From assembly GCA_046758965.1 (NCBI GenBank), contig JBHIBG010000085.1:1-11842 (forward strand): a stretch of 11,842 nucleotides of DNA. The letters are read 5' to 3'. This stretch comes from Candidatus Methylomirabilia bacterium. GTDB lineage: Bacteria; Methylomirabilota; Methylomirabilia; Rokubacteriales; CSP1-6. This document shows, one piece after another, positions 5,735 to 11,842 of this stretch. The position numbers and the translations under genes were made by a program. Under the pieces are notes generated by a model. That model made no database searches, was not told the origin of the DNA, and was given only the letters and a program-made list of their open reading frames with translations. Position 1 is the stretch's first letter. The number at the start of each line of letters is the position of its first letter.

Positions 5735-6562
5735 ATGGCCATTATTTGTATCTCTCACGAAATGGGGGCGGGGGGGCCCGAGATCGGGATGGCCGTGGCT
5801 CAGCGCCTCGGCTATCGGTACGTGGACCAGGAGTTGATCTCCGAGGCGGCGCGCCGCTACGGGCTGCTCGAGGAGAAGCTCGCCCAGCTGGACGAGACCA
5901 AGCCTTCCCTCTTCGAGCGGTTTGACGCCGAGACCCGTCGTTACATCACCGCGATCCAGACGGCCCTCTACGAGTTCGCTGAGGGGGACAACGTGGTCCT
6001 CATGGGCCGCGGCGGCCAGTGGCTCCTCCGCGGGATTGCCCACGTCCTTCGGCTCCGGGTGATCGCCCCTGTGGAGCTTCGGATCGATCGGCTGGTCAAG
6101 AAGATGTCGGAGCAGGTAGGACAAGGGGTGCATCCCCGAACCGTGACCGAGATGGTGCGGCGGGACGATGCGGAGAGGTCGGCGCGCATGCGCTACCTCT
6201 TCGAGGTAGACCTGGCCAGCCCAGCCCTCTACGACCTCGTCATCAACACCGTGCAGCTCTCCTTCGAGGCCGTGGTGGAGATGATCTCCTCGATGGTCGG
6301 ACGCCCGGAGTTCGTCAGCAGAGAGACGGGCAAGCAGGCCGTCGCTGACCGGGCGCTGGCCTCTAAGGTCCACGTAGCGCTGGCCGCGAACTCGCAGACG
6401 CGCAGGTACCGGATCAGCGTGGAAGCCAGGCAGGGGGTCGTGACGCTGGAGGGGACCTCGGTCTTGGACGCGGCGGTGGAGGTGGCGCGGGGCGTCCAGG
6501 GAGTCGAGGACGTGAAGGCTCAACAGGTGGAAGTTCCACCTATCCCGCCGTTCGTCGCCTGA
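5735..6562 (+). CDS. Cytidylate kinase-like family protein (Cytidylate_kin2-type P-loop domain) with C-terminal BON domain
   Basis: GGAGGAGGGAGG precedes ATG5735. N-terminal motifs MAIICISHEMGAGG, LGYRYVD, VVLMGRGG, RVIAP and YDLVINT. The C-terminal DRALASKVHVAL...ISVEARQGVVTLEG...VARGVQGVEDV is BON-like. Confidence 0.85.
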   Translation: MAIICISHEMGAGGPEIGMAVAQRLGYRYVDQELISEAARRYGLLEEKLAQLDETKPSLFERFDAETRRYITAIQTALYEFAEGDNVVLMGRGGQWLLRGIAHVLRLRVIAPVELRIDRLVKKMSEQVGQGVHPRTVTEMVRRDDAERSARMRYLFEVDLASPALYDLVINTVQLSFEAVVEMISSMVGRPEFVSRETGKQAVADRALASKVHVALAANSQTRRYRISVEARQGVVTLEGTSVLDAAVEVARGVQGVEDVKAQQVEVPPIPPFVA

Positions 6563-6718
6563 GGCGTCAGCCTACCGCCGTTCCAAACCCCTTCGCCTGA
6601 CTTCGTCCCCGGTCGTCGGCCGTTCTGTTGGGGGCGCCCACTCCCGCGGAGGCGGGCTTGGTCGTCAGGCTCGTATCTGGCCGGCAGCCATCCTGTAGCA
6701 ATGCGCTCGAGTTCCTGA

Positions 6719-7888
6719 CTAGCGAGCCGTGGGGGACTTCTGGGTGGGCATCTCCTCAATCCTCACCGGGACCTCCACGCTCTGCTTCTCCCTGAGCAGG
6801 GTGAGCGTGACGGTGTCCCCCACCTTGGCGTCGGCCACCAGCCGCTGAAGGTGGCGGTAGTCTTCGACGGGGGTCTCTCCGAAGGTGAGGATCAGGTCGC
6901 CCGGCTGGAGCCCCGCTTCGGCCGCAGGGCTTTCAGGATAGATGGAGGCCACCACCGCGCCCCGGGCCTGCCGGGCTCCGAGGGCCTGCGCCAGCTCGGG
7001 AGTCAGCGGCTGCACGGCGACGCCGAGCCACCCGCGGACCACGCGCCCTTTTTCCACGAGTTGGTCCACCACCCGCTTGGCCATGTTGATGGGGATGGCG
7101 AACCCGATTCCCTTGGCGGCGGCCACGATGGCGGTGTTGATCCCGATGACCTCTTCCCGCAGGTTCACCAGCGGGCCCCCGGAATTGCCGGGGTTGATGG
7201 AGGCGTCGGTCTGGATGAAGTTTTCGTAGGTCGAGATCCCCACATCCGAGCGACCGGTCGCGCTGATCACTCCAGCGGTGACCGTCTGGTCCAGGCCGAA
7301 GGGGTTGCCGATGGCGATCACCCACTCGCCGACGTCGAGGTGGTCTGAATTCCCGAGCCGGGCTACGGCGAGTTCGGTGTCGGGGTGGAAGCTGATGACG
7401 GCCAGGTCAGTCTTCGAGTCCATCCCCAGCACCTCGCCCCGGTGCTCTCGCTTGGACGAGAGCTTGATGGTGATTTCGTCGGCGCCTTTGACCACGTGGA
7501 AGTTGGTGAGGACCAGGCCTCGCGTGTCGATGATCACGCCTGAGCCCAGGCTGGGCTGGCGGAATTCCCCTGGCGGACTCTGCCGGGGACCGAAGAACTG
7601 CTCGAAGAACTCCCGGAAGACCGGATCATCGGTGAATGGGCTCTCCGCAACCGGTGGTCGGGGCCTGCCGAGATGGACGGTCCCGATGTGCACCACTGCC
7701 GGGCGGACCTTCCTGGCCACCCGGATGAAGGCGGACTGGAGGTCCTGGGCAGGAGCAGAAGGACCGGGGGCCTCGAGAACGATGGGGGGAGCAGCGCCAG
7801 TGAGCCGCGAGTGCAACCAGAACCCGATGGCGCCGGCGCCGACGATAAGAAGCCCGAGCAGGACTAAGCGGAAGGGAAGGCGGCCCAT
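6719..7888 (-). CDS. htrA: HtrA/DegP (Do/DeqQ)-family trypsin-like serine endopeptidase with N-terminal anchor and one PDZ domain
   Basis: Catalytic triad motifs LTNFHVV, KTDLAV and INPGNSGGPL, plus AIGNPFGL, FIQTDA and IGFAIP. PDZ domain RGWLGV...SPAAEAGLQPGD. Hydrophobic N-terminus. Confidence 0.93.
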   Translation of the reverse strand: MGRLPFRLVLLGLLIVGAGAIGFWLHSRLTGAAPPIVLEAPGPSAPAQDLQSAFIRVARKVRPAVVHIGTVHLGRPRPPVAESPFTDDPVFREFFEQFFGPRQSPPGEFRQPSLGSGVIIDTRGLVLTNFHVVKGADEITIKLSSKREHRGEVLGMDSKTDLAVISFHPDTELAVARLGNSDHLDVGEWVIAIGNPFGLDQTVTAGVISATGRSDVGISTYENFIQTDASINPGNSGGPLVNLREEVIGINTAIVAAAKGIGFAIPINMAKRVVDQLVEKGRVVRGWLGVAVQPLTPELAQALGARQARGAVVASIYPESPAAEAGLQPGDLILTFGETPVEDYRHLQRLVADAKVGDTVTLTLLREKQSVEVPVRIEEMPTQKSPTAR

Positions 7889-7927
7889 GGCGGGTGCTCT
7901 GCCGCGATCGGGTCTCGCACCTCAGCC

Positions 7928-8725
7928 TTAAAAAGGCGGCTTGGTGCTCGGGGTCACGGAGGCGGGCTCAACGGGAACCACGGCGTTCGGCACCCCTTGG
8001 TTGCGGAACTCCCGGCTTTTCTCCTCCGCGCTCTTCCGATCGTAGGTTTCCTTCAGTCTGAGCGTAAAGAGCGGCGCGGCTTCGCGCGTCGACCTGATCC
8101 GGACTGTCAATCCTTCCTGACGGAGCCGCCGGGCCAGCGCCACGGCTTCGCGGAGGGGATAGTGGGCGTCCAGCACGATCGCAAAGACCCCTTTAACCTC
8201 GGGCTCTACCTTACGCAGCGGCACTCGCGGGAGCCGGAGCCGGAGCTGATCCATGCTCGCTCTGGCCCGTGCCGGCGTCCTGAACTTGCCGACCCTCAAC
8301 GCGTAGAGCGCCCTGTCCGAGCGCTTCCGGTAGCGGATGGTCGACGCGCCGAGCTGGTTCAGCTGGGTTTCGACCTGGTCGGCTTCCCCGGGCGTGGCGA
8401 AGACGCCGAAGTCCAGTGTATATCCTCCCGGTTCGGACTTCATCCGGCTGACGGCGGGTGCGGGGGGAGGGGGGCTGGCTTCGGGAGCCCGGTCAGGGGG
8501 CCCTCGATCCGGAGTTCTGGCAGGCGGGCCCGGCGGAAGCGGTGGGGGGGAACCCGTGCCGTTCGGGGTTGGAACGGAGAGTTCCGTCAACGTGACAGCC
8601 AGGGAGCTCGGGATGCGAATCATCTGGCTGAGGAACTCGGTCCGGGATGGGAGAATCGCGAAGAGCGCCAGCAACAGGAAGAAGACCAATCCGAAGCCTA
8701 GCCAGGCGTGCGAGTACGTTCTCAC
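7928..8725 (-). CDS. SPOR-domain protein (N-terminal TM, Pro-rich linker, repeated SPOR-like units)
   Basis: AAGGA precedes GTG8725. TM segment LGFGLVFFLLLALFAIL, then a PPPLPPGPP linker, then units YTLDFGVFATPGEA, YALRVGKFRTPARA, FAIVLDAHYPLREA and FTLRLKETYDRKSA. Confidence 0.72.
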   Translation of the reverse strand: MRTYSHAWLGFGLVFFLLLALFAILPSRTEFLSQMIRIPSSLAVTLTELSVPTPNGTGSPPPLPPGPPARTPDRGPPDRAPEASPPPPAPAVSRMKSEPGGYTLDFGVFATPGEADQVETQLNQLGASTIRYRKRSDRALYALRVGKFRTPARARASMDQLRLRLPRVPLRKVEPEVKGVFAIVLDAHYPLREAVALARRLRQEGLTVRIRSTREAAPLFTLRLKETYDRKSAEEKSREFRNQGVPNAVVPVEPASVTPSTKPPF

Positions 8726-8855
8726 AGGTGTGTCCTTGCCACCTTCCGACTACTCTACCGAGCATCATAAAGCATCCGGAGCGTTGGATCCAAACTTCCC
8801 TTTCTCCTGCGGGTCGTGTATCTTCGCCCGGAGAGCTTGATCAGGAGGGATGCTC

Positions 8856-9722
8856 ATGAGGGTGCGAAAAGCCGTGTTCCCGGCCGCCGGGCTGGGCACC
8901 CGGTTCCTTCCCGCCACCAAGGTTCAGCCCAAGGAGATGCTCCCGCTGGTGGACAAGCCCACCATCCAGTACGTGGTGGAGGAAGCCGTGGCCTCCGGCC
9001 TCGCCGAGATCATCATCGTGACCGGGCGGGGGAAACGCGCCATCGAGGATCACTTCGACGCGGCGTTCGAGCTGGAACGTTACCTCCAGGAGCGGGGGAA
9101 GAGCGAGGAACTGGCCCAGATCAGAGCCGTCTCCGAGCTGGGCTTGGTCTCCTACGTGCGCCAGAAGGAGCCGCTCGGGCTCGGCCACGCCATTCTCTGC
9201 GCACGCCGCCTGGTCGGCGAGGAGCCCTTTGCCGTCTTCCTGGGCGACGACATTATCGTGGCCAGAGTTCCGTGCATGCGCCAGCTCCTCGACGTCTTCG
9301 ATCACTACCGGGGCCCTGTCCTGGCCGTCGAACGGGTCCCCGGAGAGCAGATCGCGCGGTACGGGGTGATCCACCCCAAAGCTCTCGGCGGGAACGTCTA
9401 CGAGGTGTTGGATCTCGTGGAGAAACCCGCGCCCGAGGAGGCGCCCTCAGATCTGGCGATCATCGGGCGTTACGTGCTCACTCCGGAGATCTTTCCGATC
9501 CTGGCCAGAACCCGGCCGGATCCCCGCGGCGAGGTCCAGCTCACCGACGGGCTTCGCACCCTTCGCCGGGAGCGCCCCCTCTACGCCGTCGAGTTCCAAG
9601 GCACGCGCTACGACACCGGGGATAAGCTCGGCTTCCTCAAGGCCACTGTGGAGTTCGCCCTGGAGCGCCCCGACCTCGGAGAGCCGTTCAAGTCCTACCT
9701 CAAGAGCCTCACGCTCGACTGA
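8856..9722 (+). CDS. galU: UTP--glucose-1-phosphate uridylyltransferase
   Basis: Motifs KAVFPAAGLGTRFLPATK, PKEMLP, RQKEPLGLGHA, VEKP, GEVQLTD and RYDTG. AGGAGG at 8843-8848 favours ATG8856. Confidence 0.97.
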   Translation: MRVRKAVFPAAGLGTRFLPATKVQPKEMLPLVDKPTIQYVVEEAVASGLAEIIIVTGRGKRAIEDHFDAAFELERYLQERGKSEELAQIRAVSELGLVSYVRQKEPLGLGHAILCARRLVGEEPFAVFLGDDIIVARVPCMRQLLDVFDHYRGPVLAVERVPGEQIARYGVIHPKALGGNVYEVLDLVEKPAPEEAPSDLAIIGRYVLTPEIFPILARTRPDPRGEVQLTDGLRTLRRERPLYAVEFQGTRYDTGDKLGFLKATVEFALERPDLGEPFKSYLKSLTLD

Positions 9723-9750
9723 CCCGCACCCCAGAAGCCCGCGGGTTTCC

Positions 9751-9779
9751 TTGACTTTCCAGAGAGGTTCTGGAAAAAT
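9751..9779 (+). promoter_or_regulatory. Predicted pncB promoter TTGACT-N17-(TGg)AAAAAT containing the palindrome TTTCCAGA-N5-TCTGGAAA
   Basis: -35 at 9751-9756, extended TG at 9771-9772, -10 at 9774-9779. A perfect 8-bp inverted repeat lies at 9756-9763 / 9769-9776. Confidence 0.55.
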
Positions 9780-9814
9780 GTGAGGGCCTTTCAATCTCTA
9801 CGGAGGACGGTTCT

Positions 9815-11032
9815 GTGCCGGACAATCCCGCCAAGCGCCCTTTTCACGTCGCCACTGACTCCGAGATCAGGGCCGGTGAGGTGCACGACGTCTATTTCAG
9901 CCGGACGGTTCAGGTCCTCCGCCAGCGAGGCAACCGAAAGCGCGCCAAGGCCGAAGTCCAGGCGAAGAGCCTCCCAGGAGATTGGCAGTGGGGGGTTCTG
10001 GCCGGCATCGAGGAGGTCGCAGCGCTCGTCGAGGGTCTCCCGGTAGACGTGTGGGCCATGGACGAGGGAACCGTGTTTGGCCCCTACGAGCCGGTGCTGG
10101 CGATCGAGGGGGTCTACGTGGAGTGGGCGCAGTACGAGACCGCCCTCCTGGGCCTCCTCTGCCAGGCATCGGGCATCGCCACCAAGGCTGCTCGCTGCAA
10201 GAAGGCGGCGGGAGATCGCCAGGTGATCTCGTTCGGCGCGCGCCGCATGCACCCCGCCTTGGCGCCGATGATCGAGCGGAATGCCTTCGTCGGTGGATGC
10301 GACGGTGTGGCCGTCACCAAATCCGCGGAGCTGATCGAGGCCGACCCCATGGGGACGATCCCCCATTCCCTGGTCCTCATGGTGGGGGACACGGTCGAGG
10401 CGCTGAACGCGTTCCATGGGGTCATCGACCCCAAAGTCCGTCGCGTGGCCCTCATCGACACCCTCCAGGATGAGAAGTTCGAGGCGATCCGCACCGCCGA
10501 GGCGCTGGGCAAGGACCTCTACGCTGTGCGCCTGGACACGCCCTCTTCCCGCCGGGGAGATTTCTACCGGCTCCTGGAGGAAGTCCGCTGGGAGCTGAAC
10601 TACCGGGGTTTCGGGCACGTGAGGCTCATTGCCTCCGGGGGGATTGACGAGCACGAGATCATCAAGCTGAACCCTGTGGTCGATGCGTACGGCGTGGGGA
10701 CCTCAATTGCGAATGCGCCGGTGTTGAACTTTGCACTCGACATCATGGAGATCGGCGGCAGACCCATGGCCAAGCGCGGCAAGCGCTCCGGCTCCAAGCA
10801 GGTCTATCGCTGTCGGGCCTGCTTTACGAGTGTCGTGGCGCCGGCCCACAAGCCCGTGCAGCACTGCCGCTGCGGAGGCGCTCTGGAGCCGCTCCTCAAG
10901 CCGCTGATCGCCCAGGGGAGGCTGGTGCGCGACCTGCCGCCGCCTCGCACGATCCGCGAGTATGTCTTGGAGCAGTTCCGTCGGGTCGAGCTCCGCTTCT
11001 CGGGCGCCGAGGGCCCCCGGCGTGACTACTGA
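9815..11032 (+). CDS. pncB: Nicotinate phosphoribosyltransferase (short, archaeal-like type with C-terminal Cys cluster)
   Basis: Motifs DVYF, YETALLG, SFGARR, GTIPHS, ALIDT, AVRLDT, IASGGI, YGVGT and AKRGK. GGAGG lies 8 nt before GTG9815. Confidence 0.92.
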   Translation: MPDNPAKRPFHVATDSEIRAGEVHDVYFSRTVQVLRQRGNRKRAKAEVQAKSLPGDWQWGVLAGIEEVAALVEGLPVDVWAMDEGTVFGPYEPVLAIEGVYVEWAQYETALLGLLCQASGIATKAARCKKAAGDRQVISFGARRMHPALAPMIERNAFVGGCDGVAVTKSAELIEADPMGTIPHSLVLMVGDTVEALNAFHGVIDPKVRRVALIDTLQDEKFEAIRTAEALGKDLYAVRLDTPSSRRGDFYRLLEEVRWELNYRGFGHVRLIASGGIDEHEIIKLNPVVDAYGVGTSIANAPVLNFALDIMEIGGRPMAKRGKRSGSKQVYRCRACFTSVVAPAHKPVQHCRCGGALEPLLKPLIAQGRLVRDLPPPRTIREYVLEQFRRVELRFSGAEGPRRDY

Positions 11033-11040
11033 ATCCGGCC

Positions 11041-11838
11041 ATGGGCGTACTCGATGAGATCCTCGGTCACAAACGGGAGGAAGTGGCCCGGCGCAAAGTG
11101 GAGCTGCCGCGTTCTGATCTCGACGCCCGGTGTCGATCCGTGCCGCCGGCCCTGGACCTCGAGAGCGCTCTCCGGCCGCAAGCCCATCATCGCGTCAGGC
11201 TCATCGCCGAGCTGAAGCGGGCCTCCCCGTCCCGCGGCATGCTGGCGGAGGGGTTCGACCCGCTCGCCTTCGCGGTGACCACCGTCGCCAGCGGCGCCGC
11301 CGCACTCTCGGTGCTGACCGACGAGCGGTACTTTCAGGGGCACCTCGAACTCCTCGGCGAGGTGCGATCTCTCGTGAACGCGCCGCTCCTCCGCAAGGAC
11401 TTCGTTCTGGAGGAATACCAGCTCTGGGAGTCCCGGGCCTTCGGCGCTGACGCGGTGTTGCTCATCGTCGCGGCGTTGGACCCGTTCCAGCTGGCCGATC
11501 TCCTGCACGGCGCTAAGGGGTTAGCTCTCGGCGCCCTGGTAGAGGTGCACACCTCGAGGGAGCTGGACATCGCGCTCTCGGCGGGCGCCTCGATCATCGG
11601 GATCAACAATCGGGACCTCCAGACGTTTAGGACGCGCCTGGAGACCTCCCTGTCCCTCCTCCCCCTGATCCCGCCGGGCCCGGTAGGGGTCAGCGAGAGC
11701 GGCTTTTTCACGTCGGCCGACGTGGAGCGGGTGGTGGTGGCCGGCGCCCACGCGGTGCTCGTCGGTGAGGCGCTGGTGAAGGCGTCCGACCTCGCCGCGA
11801 AGGTCCGCGAGTTGGCGCTGCTCGAGGGCGAGGCATGA
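11041..11838 (+). CDS. trpC: Indole-3-glycerol phosphate synthase
   Basis: Motifs LIAELKRASPSRG, LSVLTDERYFQG, PLLRKDF, LVEVH, IGINNRDL, VSESG and LVGEAL. Confidence 0.97.
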   Translation: MGVLDEILGHKREEVARRKVELPRSDLDARCRSVPPALDLESALRPQAHHRVRLIAELKRASPSRGMLAEGFDPLAFAVTTVASGAAALSVLTDERYFQGHLELLGEVRSLVNAPLLRKDFVLEEYQLWESRAFGADAVLLIVAALDPFQLADLLHGAKGLALGALVEVHTSRELDIALSAGASIIGINNRDLQTFRTRLETSLSLLPLIPPGPVGVSESGFFTSADVERVVVAGAHAVLVGEALVKASDLAAKVRELALLEGEA

Positions 11839-11842
11839 GGGC
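11835..11842 (+). CDS. Probable start of the next gene (ATGA overlap with the trpC stop), possibly another trp gene
   Basis: ATG at 11835-11837 overlaps TGA at 11836-11838, with GAGGG/GAGG upstream. Only 2 codons are visible. Confidence 0.35.

Noticed and set aside
6595..6672. Hammerhead-like CTGACGA...GGACGAAG on the minus strand
   Set aside because: Has GAAG rather than GAAA, no G-C pair opening stem II, and no consistent stems I/III with an NUH site.
8856..9722. galU as a dedicated donor supplier for the GT2 module
   Set aside because: It lies several kb away in a housekeeping context, and nothing in the sequence links them.
9722..9758. Possible intrinsic terminator after galU (ACCCGC/GCGGGT then TTCCTT)
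   Set aside because: Short stem, long loop and an interrupted U-tract; too weak to call.
4963..10654. Long antisense ORFs (4963-5742, 5654-6523, 7278-7931, 7997-8701, 9791-10654)
   Set aside because: Expected shadow ORFs opposite GC3-biased real genes, with no motifs.
1..11842. CRISPR arrays, IS or prophage genes, tRNA/rRNA, defence systems
   Set aside because: No periodic repeats, transposase, integrase or nuclease motifs, or tRNA-like sequences were seen.

Overview
GC-rich (roughly two-thirds GC by eye) bacterial chromosomal segment with no mobile element, CRISPR array or structural RNA gene that I can support. The left part (1-4241) is an envelope-modification cluster. On the minus strand are a truncated MFS transporter (missing from the ORF track) and a short DPM1/ArnC/RgtE-like GT2 polyprenyl-phosphate glycosyltransferase. 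Divergent from these is an 827-aa protein that fuses an ArnT-like (GT83, GT-C fold) membrane domain to an apparently intact alkaline-phosphatase-superfamily (NPP/phosphodiesterase-like) domain. This fusion is the most notable feature. Its GT-C half lacks several family-consensus motifs, and its best ribosome-binding site points to an in-frame ATC codon. The middle part (4362-6562) is a co-oriented run of poorly understood genes: NfeD-like, Zn-ribbon, tandem ACT, a 65-aa hypothetical, and cytidylate-kinase-like+BON. The right part holds HtrA/DegP-family protease and SPOR-domain genes on the minus strand, then galU, pncB (with a palindrome inside its predicted promoter), trpC and the overlapping start of a further gene. 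All family assignments come from motif recognition by eye, not from database searches.
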